From positions 1 through 50,012 of the forward strand of contig CAXIUT010000051.1 of NCBI GenBank assembly GCA_964035545.1: 50,012 bases of DNA, read 5' to 3'. Within the stretch, counting starts at the first letter, position 1; each line of letters starts with the position of its first letter. This document shows positions 11,910-24,445 of this stretch, one piece after another. Position numbers and translations under genes: made by a program. The DNA comes from Bugula neritina (lineage: Eukaryota; Animalia; Bryozoa). The notes beneath the pieces were generated by a model that was not told where the DNA came from, ran no database searches, and saw only the letters and a program-made list of their open reading frames with translations.

Positions 11910-13522
11910 ATGGGCTTAACTCAAACACTTATAGTTCTGTTAATTTGTCTTCTGACATTCTCTACAGCCAAGGTAGTCATCCTTGATGATTCCAATTACA
12001 CTTCCTTCATCAAGGAACATCCAATAGTGTTTATGAAATATTATTCTCCTAACTGTATCCATTGTACTAAGATGGCTCCAGCCTATTAAAAACTTGGATA
12101 GTCTGCCTAAGGTAAAGAATATATTGTGGCTAAACTTGATGTTACAAAGGCAAAAAAAACCTCAAATGAATTGAGACTCTTTGGATTCCCTAAGTTGAAA
12201 TTGGTCATCAATGGAGAAGAATCTTTACTTTATCAAAGTGGTCGAAAATTTGAAGAAATGAAAAATTGGCTGGACTATATGATGCAAGATATTTAGAAAG
12301 TGAATGAGGAAAAAGTTAAAGAAATGAACAATTTAAAGAACTTTGTTGTAATATAAGGAGCGTCTGCTTAACAGTTGAAAGTATTGAGATTTGCCAAGAA
12401 GTCTTACATTCCTCAACTCTATAGCATTGATGGATCATCTTATAAAATTAATTTACATCTTAAAGGCAAGAGTAAAATCGAATATTCAGGCAACAGCTCA
12501 GTGGAGGTTTTATCTGATTGGATTTTTTAGAATTCTTTGATGGTTGTCGTCAAGTGTAATAGTGATTAAGCCATTAGATTTGTATTTAGAAATACAAAGA
12601 ACTTACCAACTTTGTTGTTATTGTGGAATAAAGACTGGAATTAAGATCTTTTTACTATAATGTAAGAAGTTTGTAAATAAAATGCTGATAAATTTAACTG
12701 TGGATATATTGATGATCCGAAAGATCCCTTTCATAACGACATGCATGAATTCGCTAGAGCTAAAAATAATGATTCATCATTTATTTTCTATTTCGATTAT
12801 GGGAATAACAATGCTTGGAAATTTAACAATCCAACATCAATAACAAGTAATATACTATATATTTAGAATAATCTTTAACTACTTTTGTGACTTAGATCCA
12901 AGCTGGAGGAGTATTGAAGTATTATGATGGCACTAAACAATAAAAAAAGAAAAGTGGTGTAAATTATTAAAATGTTATAAAACTGACAGCAAAAACATAT
13001 AAATAAACTATCAAAAACAACAAATATGTCTTTATTTAGTATTACACGCCTTCATGTCCTCATTGTGTTAAAATGGCTGCTACTTATTAGGCTTTAGCCA
13101 CTAAACTTAAAGAATAAAAATCAGAATATATGATAGCTGCAGTGGATATGAGTGTTTCAAATGAAGTGAGCAAATGGGTTAGCTTGAAAGGATATCCAAC
13201 TCTTCGTTTCTATGTCCATGGCAAATAGTTTGATTATAATGGGCCCAGAACTGAGGAAGGTATGATTGCCTTCATGGAAGAAAAAAAGAATTTTATACCA
13301 TAAGAAGGTGAAAAGATATAAGAAGATAACTAAGAAGATGAAGTTGGTGGAAAATGGGAGTATGATAGTGACTAAGATGATGAATCATATGAAGAATATG
13401 TTTCTGAAGATGAAGACTATGACTCCTTTGATAGAGAAGAAGACGAAGACGTTTAGTACGATACTTAATCAGAGGATCCAGAAGAAGAGGTAGATGAATA
13501 AGATATATCTGAATAGTTATGA
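11910..13522 (+). CDS. Protein disulfide isomerase family protein (signal peptide, two CxxC thioredoxin domains, acidic tail); 20-nt intron at 12847-12866
   Basis: Hydrophobic N-terminus, YSPNCIHC and YTPSCPHC, GFPKLK/GYPTLR cis-Pro loops, D/E tail ending SE(TAG=E)L, a KDEL-like retention signal. Confidence 0.92.
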
Positions 13523-13633
13523 AAATGATACCCTCAACATCATTATAAATATATTTATGGATAACGTTAACCGTTTCATCGCTTGATATTAAACTTCAAT
13601 AAAATAGGATATGTTATAATTCTAATCCTAACG

Positions 13634-14008
13634 ATGTTCAAGGTCCTTCTCCTAAGTTGTTTGCTTATCATTGCTCTTTCTTTGAAGACTACTTCAGGGC
13701 ATGAACAGTTCTTCAACCCGAATCCCAGTAAGAACACTAACCATAACCAAAACACTTTTCCAAACAATCAACAAAATCAAATTTCAAGAAACCAAGCCAA
13801 CAAGCCAGGCTTTGAATCATCTCCTGGAGATCCCTATGGAAGAGACACTTATAACAAAAGGACTTGTTTCAGAATGCCTTGCTATGAACCCAACCAAAGA
13901 TGCCAAAACGGAGGATGTTGGAACACAGTTATCTTCAAGGTTCCTACTTCAAACAGACAACCTGCCAAGTTTGTTGGATATCTTTGTGGAAGATGTACAA
14001 GAAGATGA
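13634..14008 (+). CDS. Small secreted cysteine-rich precursor (124 aa): signal peptide, N/Q-rich pro region, KR site, 48-aa 6-Cys domain
   Basis: ATG at 13634; MFKVLLLSCLLIIALS signal; ...DTYNKR|TCFRMPCYEPNQRCQNGGCWNTVIFKVPTSNRQPAKFVGYLCGRCTRR; TGA at 14006-14008. Confidence 0.8.
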   Translation: MFKVLLLSCLLIIALSLKTTSGHEQFFNPNPSKNTNHNQNTFPNNQQNQISRNQANKPGFESSPGDPYGRDTYNKRTCFRMPCYEPNQRCQNGGCWNTVIFKVPTSNRQPAKFVGYLCGRCTRR

Positions 14009-14086
14009 TTTAGCATTGATTCTCATCAAATATCTATAATTGTAGTTGTTAATTAAATGATTAGTATAAAAGTTAACGCAAACGAG

Positions 14087-14978
14087 TCAATATATATAAC
14101 ACTAGCAGGGTTTTGCCTTTTTTTATGAAAATTGTGTAAGTTGTTATTCCTACCACTACTAGTATTCTTTTAGCATATTTCTTTATCTTTATGAAATTGC
14201 CTTTCTGACCTCAATACATATTTTATCATAAAGTACTAATTCTTTTGTTATTTTCATGTTTTAGTCGCTGAGTTACTCATGATCTAATTGAAGTGAAGGT
14301 GGTAATTTTTTCTACAATTCCCTAAGGTTATTATCAAGTTTTAAGTTATCATATTTTTGTTATTGAAGTGCTAATTCTTTTTTTTCAAGTTTTTATTATT
14401 CTTTTAGTAGTTATTTCTCCTTATTTTTGAATGAGTTTTTTAGTTAATCAAATTTATTCTTCAAGACTTGAACTTTTGCTTTTTTACCCTGAATGATTTC
14501 TCTGTTTTATGCCAGTTTTGCATCAATAACTGATTATTATGAAGCAATGTTTTCTTCTTATAGAATTTAATGTTTGAGATATTTCTTGTAAAGGTAAGTA
14601 TCTTCGCAAAGATCGCATATTCTAGTAAATTTATGAGTATTAATGTCTCTTCTTTTTTTTCGAACGTGGCTTAAACAAACAGTTTAATGACAAAAGTTGC
14701 TATATCATCAATCAAATACCACTATTTTCCTTTCCCAACTATCTCTTCATCACAAATTTTGCACTTAATATTAAGTTAAACTCGTTATTCTATTTGATCT
14801 TCTGATAACTTTCGCTATTTAAGATTAGTAAAATTATCCTTAGATGTTTTGCCCAGAAATGTTTTAAAAGCTGCCATTTTTTTCTTTTTATCTCTTCCTC
14901 AATCAAGAAAGATGTACTGTCTTCTGTGTGATAAGCTTTGCTATCACTTGAGACTAGATGGGATTTATATTATTTCAT
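14087..14978 (-). CDS. FYVE-like zinc-finger and coiled-coil protein with C-terminal CxCxxx; 20-nt intron at 14700-14719; 5' end uncertain
   Basis: CKICD...C|NFCHETVCLSH...RICDLCE pattern; ends AKPCECYIY-TGA. Confidence 0.6.
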
Positions 14979-15053
14979 TATAACTTTTATCAAGAAAACA
15001 GTTGATAGGTTGTTTAAGAACATAATTTAGATAAATTACAGTATCAATTGAGT

Positions 15054-16373
15054 TCACTTGGTCTTTCCAACTTTTATTTTGTTGGTGGTCTTGATTACTC
15101 CTACAGCTACGGTCTTTTTCATATCTCTTACAGCGAATCTTCCCAAAGGAGGGTACTCAACAAAGGTCTCAACACACATTGGCTTGGTTGGTTTAAGCAA
15201 AACAATAGCTGAATCTCCGTTTTTGATGCCTTTTGGTTCTTCTTCCATGACTTTGTTAGTTCTTCTGTCGATTTTAGATTGAATTTCAGTGAATTTACAG
15301 GCAATATGAGCAGTGTGGCAGTCAAGTACTGGTGTATATCCGTTTGCTATTTGTCCTGGATGGTTCATAACAATAACTTGAGCAACAAAGGATTCTACTT
15401 CTCTTGGAGGGTCATTATGGGATTCACCACATACATATCCTCTTTTTAGATCTTTAACAGTTAATCCTCTGACATTGAAGCCGACATTGTCTCCTGGAAT
15501 AGCTTCAGTGATCATTTCATGATGTCTTTCTACTGATTTAACATCGCTTTTCAAATTACTTGGAGCAAAAGTAACATTCATGCCTGGCCTAAGGGTACCA
15601 GTCTCAACTCTTCCAACTGGTACAGTACCAATTCCACCAATTTTGTAGACATCTTGAAGAGGCAGCCTGAGAGGTTTGTCAGTCGGTCTTTTTGGAGGAA
15701 CAATTTTATCGAGAGCTTCCAGAAGATAGGGACCTTTGTACCATGGCATATTGGTAGATTTTTCTATCATGTTGTCTCCTTCCCATCCTGAGATAGGGAT
15801 AAAGGGGATACTATCAGGTTTATATCCAACTTTAGCCAAGAATTGTGAGGCTTCTTTTTTGATTTCGAGATATCTGTTTTCTGAGTAGTTGACTGACTTG
15901 TCGTCCATTTTGTTACAGCAGACGATCATCTGTTTGACTCCAAGAGTGTAGGAGAGAAGAGCATGTTCTCTGGTTTGTCCTTCTTTGGAGATTCCAGCTT
16001 CAAACTCTCCTTGGGGAGATGCAATCATTAAGAGAGCACAATCTGCTTGAGAAGTTCCTGTGATCATATTTTTGATGAAATCTCTGTGTCCTGGGGCATC
16101 AATGATGGTGAAGTGATATTTTGGAGATTCAAATTGCCAAAGGGAGATATCGATAGTGATTCCTCTATCTCTTTCTGATTTGAGTTTATCCATGATCCAG
16201 GCGTATTTGAAAGATCCTCTTCCGGTTTCAGCAGATTCTTTTTCAAGCTTTTCAATGGCTCTTTTGCTTATACCTCCACATTTGTAGATTAGGTGACCGG
16301 TTGAGGTGGACTTTCCTGAGTCAACATGGCCGATGACTACAAGGTTGATGTGAATTTTGTCTTTCTTTGACAT
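15054..16373 (-). CDS. EEF1A: Translation elongation factor 1-alpha (439 aa, intronless)
   Basis: [64 protein letters not shown]; lacks the opisthokont-specific insertion. Confidence 0.99.
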   Translation of the reverse strand: MSKKDKIHINLVVIGHVDSGKSTSTGHLIYKCGGISKRAIEKLEKESAETGRGSFKYAWIMDKLKSERDRGITIDISLWQFESPKYHFTIIDAPGHRDFIKNMITGTSQADCALLMIASPQGEFEAGISKEGQTREHALLSYTLGVKQMIVCCNKMDDKSVNYSENRYLEIKKEASQFLAKVGYKPDSIPFIPISGWEGDNMIEKSTNMPWYKGPYLLEALDKIVPPKRPTDKPLRLPLQDVYKIGGIGTVPVGRVETGTLRPGMNVTFAPSNLKSDVKSVERHHEMITEAIPGDNVGFNVRGLTVKDLKRGYVCGESHNDPPREVESFVAQVIVMNHPGQIANGYTPVLDCHTAHIACKFTEIQSKIDRRTNKVMEEEPKGIKNGDSAIVLLKPTKPMCVETFVEYPPLGRFAVRDMKKTVAVGVIKTTNKIKVGKTK

Positions 16374-16639
16374 GGTTCTACTATAAATGATGAGTTGAGT
16401 AGGTGATGAGAGTATTTAAGGTATGTGATTTATTTTAAGCACCTTCTTAAAAAATATCACGATATTCTCTTTCTGAACAATTCTGATAAAAATAAGCAAT
16501 CATCATCAACGTTTTTCTTCAATAAGATAGTATAAATAACCAATATTGAAGTCATATTCATCTTAATCTCATATTTAATGTTTAATTTTACTCTTTAATA
16601 TATTATGTTTGACATCAAGAGTGATGAAAAAAGGGTTAA

Positions 16640-16885
16640 TCATTCTTTTTCTATTTGTTATTTCATCTTATTTTTGTCAACTATTTCTTTGAAATCTCTT
16701 AATCTCTTAGCTGTATATTCGAAAACTTCATCTTATTTGATCCCTTTTCCAACTATTTAGTTTAAAATAATTTGAAAACCGACTGAAATCCCACTTCTCT
16801 CCAAGTAGTTATAGTAATCCTTTCTGATCTTCTAAATTTTAGGATTCTTTTTGACGTTTCTTTTCTCAACACTTGATTATTACAT
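16640..16885 (-). CDS. Small protein with a Dpy-30/RIIa-like helical docking segment (5' end needs a 1-nt indel)
   Basis: KIRKDYYNYLERSGISVGFQIILNEIVGKGIKEDEVFEYTAKRL frame ending in TGA at 16642-16640. Confidence 0.45.
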
Positions 16886-17031
16886 GCTATCTTTACTAAA
16901 ATTATTAATCAAAAAAATAAACTTAGAGAATAGATTGCTTAAATGATAATATTGGTATAAATAATGATATAGTTCATATATTCTTTTCAAGGATAATTAT
17001 TCTGGTATGTTTATAAATATTGATTTAAAAA

Positions 17032-17839
17032 ATGAAAATATGGATAGGTACTCAAATGTTGATATAGTTCGCTTGACAGGTAAAATATTGACTGAATATT
17101 CTCGTCAGCGTCAATTTAGTGACTAATAATCTCAAAAATAGATACAAAAATAGAAATCATGGTTCTTTACATTTTATGAATCATCTTAAAAGATGAGTGA
17201 AGAAGAGATCAAAGACCAGGAACAAATATTTTAATATAATCGCAGTAAATATCAATTGATAAAGGATGTACTCTTGGCTAGATAATTGATCATTCAAGAA
17301 AATTGCCTCTTCTTCAATACGATAAATAGCTTAATTATACACTAGTTAAAGGATTAGAATATTTTTATTTGGCAAGACATAAACTGCTCTTTATTTACTG
17401 TTCATAAAAAGGAGATGATTTTACTGTTATGGCTATTGAAAGTATGCTTCACAACACAGTTAGATTATACTAGTAAAAATGCTTAAGCATAAGTAGTTGT
17501 TACAAACTGCCAAACCATCTAAATGACTATCAAAGAGATTAACTCCAAAAGCTAAGCTATAAGATTAATGAGATAATAGAGGAATAGTCTGATTTTTAGT
17601 TGGTTCGTAAGGAGTCAATTCGAGATGAAGATGATACTGTTAAATATATGAAGGAATTTGGATAAAGAATTAGATAGTTTAATGGAATGTCTAAGCGTGA
17701 GTTAGAGATAAAGAAGGCACATGTGAAGTATTTGTATCAGACTGAAAAGAAGTTAAATTGGTATAGGATTCGGATGTTATTGTTGGTTGTTGTGGCTTTT
17801 ATAGTTGTTGGATTGGCGGTATATTTTGTTGCATTTTGA
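17032..17839 (+). CDS. Tail-anchored protein, possible divergent longin/VAMP-type SNARE; 20-nt introns at 17048-17067 and 17245-17264
   Basis: Coiled-coil, basic/Trp juxtamembrane segment (KKLNWYRIR) and C-terminal transmembrane helix MLLLVVVAFIVVGLAVYFVAF-stop. Confidence 0.55.
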
Positions 17840-17894
17840 TATTTTTTTGACTTTTATTTGAGATTATGATATAATTGTTATTTATTGGAGGGTA

Positions 17895-20800
17895 ATGTCA
17901 GATCCAAACACTACAGAACCAAACAACTCAAGTGTTTAAAACAAATCTAAGAATATTTTTAACAAACCACCAACTGATGCTCCCAGGAAAAGTATATTTG
18001 ATAATGTTAGTAACCCAATAAAGCAATAAGACAAAGCTTTTGATGGTCCTCTATTTAGTAAATCAGACCCACCAAGTTCTAATCAGCCTAATTTTTTTCA
18101 AAAAGACTCTAATGAAAATAAACCCAAGAATATTTTTGCAAGTTCATAATCAAAAATACCTGATCCGCCCAAAAGAGAATAAGTAACATCAACTCAAGCT
18201 CAATAAGAGTAAAAGAATATAAAAAAAGCAACAAATATTTAAGGAGATATGAAAAAGTAATCTGAAAGCTAAGATATGGACATGGAGATTGACGATGTTG
18301 TTAATTCAACAGAAGTTTATGAAAAAACCTAACAAAACATTGAAAAAAAGATTTAACATAAATCTGAGCCAAAGATTGAAGAAAAAATTGAACCAAAAGT
18401 TGAAAAAGTTGAATTTAAATAGTTATTGAAGGAGAAAGAACAAATAAAAGAATAGAAAAACAAAAAAACAATTGTGATAAAGAGTTCAAAATAGATTTAA
18501 AGATAGATTAGATAAAATAAGTAAAAAATAAAATAAAAAGAAAATCAAACAGGGAGTATCAAACAAAGAATTAGTAGACTGTCTGAATAATAAGATTCTT
18601 TAAAAAAAGCTATTCAAAAACTAAATTGTAGAATTCAATATTTAATTGATAATCATCCTCAAGAATCAACTACTAATGAATAGATTTTTAAGAAAAAACA
18701 GTAGATTTAACAACTAAAATTAAAACTAGCTGATGTAAAGAAGAATAAAAAATAATGTATTTAATCTAAAGAATCTACATAAACTTTATAAATGAGAACT
18801 ATGGAAGCTGAGTATAAACTCTAAGATCACTTGAAACAAATGATAAGATATTAATAATTGACTTTAGAGGTAACTAAAATAAATCATTTGGTTCAAGATA
18901 ACATTAAAATGTATAGAAAAGGGTTTTAGTAATATCCAGAAAAATATTAAAGTGATAAAAATGAATAGAGAAGAGAGTTCTTCTTTGTGGAGTTGGTGAA
19001 GTTGGCTAAAAAAAGGTTCATAATTGTTTGAAAAACGAAAACTAATTTATTAAAAAGTTAAATAATCATAGTTCAAGGATCATATAAATCTAAAATAAGA
19101 TGATTTTGACTTTTAAGTGGAAAAAATTGATAATTATGATACTTTTTATAACTTTTGTTTGTTCATTAGGAAGAAAAAAAGATAAGGAGCTCCTTTAAGT
19201 CAATAAGATAGAAAAAAGACAATTATGTTGCCTAAAATTCTTCAACAAGATCCTAGTTATAAAGAAGTATATGAACTAATGGAAAAAATTAAAATTAATG
19301 AGGAAAGCAAGTTATTGTAGCAGAAATAAAGGGAAAGAAAATAATAATTATAAAGGGAGAGAAAGAAAAAAGAAGCTGAGGAAAAACAGAAGAAATAAAA
19401 TGAAGAAAGAAAAGAGATGGAAGAAAAAAAGAAAAAGGAAATCGAATAAAAATAAAAAGAGTATGCTAGATAGGTTTAACCAGTTGTTAATCTTTCAATT
19501 TAAATAACGTTATTGATTGAAAAATTGAATTCGATATCAGTTGAAGATTAAAATAGTCAAGATATTGTTTTTTTACAAAGCAAGATTTCAGAAAAAAGTT
19601 AAATTACCAAGCTATTGGCTTAAAAAATGAATGAAATGGATTAAAAATTGAAGAAGGTTTAAAATTTATCTCAAAATTAAGGAAAAAATAAAGAATTGTT
19701 GAAAATTAAATAGGTTCTAAAGAATGTTTCAGTTGAACTTTAAAAAGAGAAATAATGGTAATCTAATTTATAGACTATTTTTTTCCTAAAATTATTTAAA
19801 ATAAGTTGAAGCTAATCTAAAGATGAATAAAAATGATAATTTGGAGGAATAATGTTAGGAAGATAATGATATTGCTATATAAAAAGTTGAAGAAAAGTAA
19901 GAGTTAGCAATAAAGATGAAACCCATGTATAACAATGCAATTACTTAAGTCAAAGAAAAGGTAGGACCTCAAACTATAAAATTTTTAATGATCCAACAAG
20001 AATACTTAAATCAATTAAGAATCCTAATAGAATTACAAGGAATAAGTGATGAAGAGTTAAAATATAACAATTTTGATAGATAGTTATATGCTAATCTTGT
20101 TTCTCGCAAGACAAATATTTTAAATACAGCTAACTTGCCTTCAAACCTCTCATAGTAAAGTCTTAGTTAACTGAAATATCAAAATATGATGCATGAGATT
20201 GAAGATATTCAAGTAGAACTGGCATCGATCTAAGATTGTTTTAATGAACAACATATTAAAGGATTATATAAATATCCTAAGGAGATGTTAGTTAATACTA
20301 AACAGAAGTTGTATTAAATATGTTTAGCTGATTAAACAAAAAAATATTAATAAGAATTAGATAAAATGACAAAAGAAACAAACTAGATAAGTGGTGTGAT
20401 TAAAAGTAAGATATAAAAGAAATAAAAATTGCAAAAAGAATATGAATAAATGGTTTAAAAGAAAAAATTGTTATAGGCTAAAGAGAAATAAAAAACAATG
20501 TAAGAGTTTTACCCAGGAAATAAGTCAAATTAAAATAAAATTGTCGATATTGACTGTGAAAGATAATACTATGTTAAAGTTGAAAACTAAAAGAGGGTAT
20601 AAGAGCTATATAAGTTGCTAAATAACAATGATTAATTCAAAAAGATGAGAAGTTAGTTAGATAAGGTCTTAAAAGAAAAAGAATAAGAAAAAAATCGATT
20701 TTAACAAGTTTAAAATGAATATTTAAGATATAAAGAGGGAAGCAAGAGAAGAGGAAAGAGACAGGTTTATTTGGGAGATTATAAAAAGGCTAAATAAGAT

Positions 20801-20941
20801 ATAAAAGTACAATAATTAGAGGAAGAGTTGAAGTAACTGACTGACAAATGGGTAGTTTTGAGACAGAAAAATAAAAGAGAGAAATCATATATCAAGCGTA
20901 GTTCATAGTATCGGGTATTTAGTTATATCGGATAGTCTTGA
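17895..20941 (+). CDS. Large coiled-coil hypothetical protein (apparent A-run frameshifts near 19010-19230)
   Basis: Continuous E/K-rich heptad sequence in table 30, ending in TGA at 20939-20941. Confidence 0.55.
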
Positions 20942-21013
20942 TTGATTAGTATTGATAGTTAGATAAATAAAGATATAATAAGATGACTGTTTATATGGAA
21001 TATAGTTTAATTT

Positions 21014-24000
21014 ATGGATCAACAATCCTTCAACTTGGCATTGGTAGCATCGCACCACATCCAATCATTCAATTATGTGATAGAGCGAGGTCTAACTAAA
21101 CTTTTATCTCATTTCACTCCCATGGAAATTCATCCTTCTGATATTGCCCAAGATCAATCATCGAAAAAACCATTGTTTGTACCTTTTTAATCTTTGCGCA
21201 TCAGTCTGTCTCAACTTAGAGTTGGTAACCCATACCGTTATAATGACCCAACTGCTATTAACCAAGAAATATATCCTCAAGAATGTAGATTAGCTGGAAA
21301 AACTTATACTGCGCCTTTGTTGGCCGAAATGATGCGATAAATTGATGGAAATTTAGACACTTTTACTGTCAATTTAGGAGAGATACCAATAATGGTTGGA
21401 TCTACTAACTGTCATTTAAATGGATTGAAAGCTGATTAGATGATAAAATTAAATGAGGATCCTAATGAGTATGGAGGCTATTTTATAGCTAATGGCAATG
21501 AAAAAATAATTCGTATGTTAGTTCTTCAAAAAAGAAACTATCCTGTTGCTTTTCTTAGACCATCCTATACCAATAGAGGAGCAGGGTATACTTAATTTGC
21601 AGTTCAGATGCGTTGTGTTCGTGAAGATTTTTATGCTAAGACATTTACTTTGCATTATATATCTGATGGTAATATTTATTTGAGGATATTGTATAAAAAA
21701 CAAGAGTTTTTGTGTCCAATAGTTATTCTTCTCAAGGCTATTGGTGGGTTTTCTGATAGAGAGATCTATACAAGGCTAATGCATGGTAATTATGACAATT
21801 CTGATCTAAGTGATAAGATAGAAGTGTTGATCAGGACGGGTAGGTCTCTTGGTTTATATACTCAGACTCAATTTTTGGAGTATCTTGGTAAAAATTTTAG
21901 ACTTTTGCTTGGAATTAGTAATGTTTATTCTGATAAGGATTCAGGTTAGATCTTTCTCAAGTAAAATATATGTGTTCATTTGAATAATCCTAAAGATAAG
22001 TTCAATACTCTTTGTTTAATGATAGACAAGTTGTATGCTTTAGTTACTGGCGATATTCAACCATAAAATTTAGATAGTACTGCAGTGCATGAAGTATTAT
22101 TACCTGGCCATCTTTATCAGATGATTTTAAGGTAGAAATTATAAGATTCTCTTGGTTTTCTTCGAACTAAAATAATAAAAGACATAACTTCTGGTAAACT
22201 TCTAAATCCTAACAAAGTTCTAGAGTTATAATATTTGAAGAAAGGTCTTGAGAATGGAAGTATAGGTAAATCACTATAATATTTTTTATCTACTGGTAAT
22301 TTGAAATCGAAAACAGGATTAGATTTGATGCAAGACAAAGGATTTACAATTATAGCTGATAAATTGAATAATATGCGTTTTTTATCTCATTTTCGTTCGA
22401 TTCATAGAGGCGCCTATTTCGCATAGATGAAAACTACTACAGTTCGTAAGTTACTTCCTTAATCTTGGGGATATCTATGTCCTGTACATACTCCTGACGG
22501 CTCGCCTTGTGGACTTCTTAATCATATCACCATATCATGTTGCCCTTTATCTCACTAACCCTATGATCCTTTGATACACTAAAATTTAAGAGATTTGTGT
22601 GTTAAGCATGGAATGGTTTCTATGTAGAACTATAGCTATTTGGCTGATGCTGATTGTTATCCTATCATGGTTGATGGATGCCATGTTGGTTATGTTGATC
22701 AGAAGTTAGCGAATAATTTGGTAGTTGCTTTTAAGCAGTATAAAATATAGAATAAAAAGATACCTAAGGAGACAGAAATCGCTTTCCACAAGAAAGGACA
22801 CTTCAAAGATACTATATTTCCTATCATTTACATTACTACTAGTCCATCTCGTTTCTTGAGACCAGTTAAATATCTCCCTTATGACTCTATTTAGTGGTTG
22901 TCTCCATTCGAGCAGTTGTCAACAGATATCGATCTCCCTGAAAGTCAATATCAATAGATATCAACAACATACTTCTTATCTATTTTACCTCAGCATATTC
23001 CTTTTATAAATTACAACCAATCTCCGAGAAATATGTATCAATGTCAAATGGCTAAACAGACGATGGGCACAAGTGTATTGAATTGGCCTTATCGATTTGA
23101 CAACAAAATGTATAGAATCCTACATAGCCAAAAACCACTAATAAAAACAAAATACTATGACAACTATAAATTGGCTGATTATAATTCTGGAACCAATGCT
23201 GTTGTTGCTGTACTATCATATACTGGTTATGATATGTAAGACGCTATGATTATTAATAAGAGTTCTTATGAAGCAGGATTTGGACATGGAATTGTATACA
23301 AAACTATTGAGTATACTTTATCGAAGGATTAAAATAAAAAACCACCTAAATATAAGTTATTTAAAGATGCACCGCCTAATATGCAGAAGTTGTTCTAGCT
23401 ACCTGGAAGTATTTAATCTGATGGAATTATCAAGATAGGAACCAGATTGAGAAAGATGATGCCTGTTATTGTGTTGTACTAGTTAGGTAAAAAATCATTT
23501 AAAACCTTTTTTAATAAAGAATCTGAGCCTTGTTCAGTTTAGAGTATTGTTATTACAGGAGGATAAAATAAATCAGCTTAAAGAATTCTAGTTAAATTGA
23601 GGTTTGATCGTAGACCAGTAATTGGTGATAAGTTTTCATCTAGACATGGACAAAAAGGAGTATTATCTATGCTATATCCTAAAATAGATATGCCTTTTAC
23701 ATAATCTGGAATGACACCCGATATCATTATCAATCCTAATGCTTTTCCTAGTAGAATGACTATTGGTATGCTTATTTAAAGTATGGCTGCTAAATCTTCA
23801 GCTCTTGATGGAAAACCTTTTGAGTATTAAGCTTTTGAAGCTTATTAAAATGATAATGTTGTTGACTTCTTTGGAAAAAAATTACTTAACTCTGGCTACA
23901 ACTATCATGGCAATGAAACTATGTATAGTGGAGTCAATGGAACTCAACTTAAAGTTGATATCTTCATTGGATTGGTCTACTATCAAAGACTTAGACATAT

Positions 24001-24403
24001 GGTACATGATAAATCTCAGGCAAGATCAACTGGACCTGTTGATATCTTGACTCAACAACCTTTGAAAGGTCGTAAGAAGGGGGGAGGAATAAGAATGGGT
24101 GAGATGTAACGAGATGCGATGTTGGCTCATGGTTTATCTCAGACAGTTAATGAGCGTTTGTTTTTAAGTTCTGACAAATCGTAGGGATATGTATGTAACA
24201 AATGCGGGTTGATGCTTTCAGCTTTTAAGAAGTTATCAAAGATATCTGGAGGATCATTGCAGTAGATATATGATTAAGACACTATTTGTACTAACTGTAA
24301 CAGTAACAATTGTAGCTTAGTAGGCATTCCTTATGTGATGAAGTACTTAGTAAATGAGTTGGCAGCAATGAATATCAGAATTAGGTTTACTCTTAAAGAA
24401 TGA
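21014..24403 (+). CDS. RPA2: RNA polymerase I second-largest subunit (~1129 aa, apparently intronless)
   Basis: [114 protein letters not shown]. Confidence 0.97.
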
Positions 24404-24445
24404 TTATCTTATTTTATCTTATTTTATGTGATTTATATATTAGTT

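Noticed and set aside
16385-16490. Possible C/D-box snoRNA (ATGATGA/GTGATGA ... CTGA) upstream of eEF1A
   Set aside because: It overlaps the eEF1A 5' region in antisense, has no terminal stem or recognisable rRNA guide, and such motifs are common in AT-rich DNA.
19000-19240. Programmed ribosomal frameshifting at A-runs in the large coiled-coil gene
   Set aside because: The shifts coincide with long A homopolymers and have no consistent stop-adjacent motif; sequencing error is more parsimonious.
21014-24403. TAA/TAG = Gln (table 6), as suggested by the Tetrahymena-like telomeres
   Set aside because: Invariant Glu sites (GEMERD, LLPESWG, DLAGSER, PGEGEH) are TAR-encoded, while conserved Gln sites use CAR.
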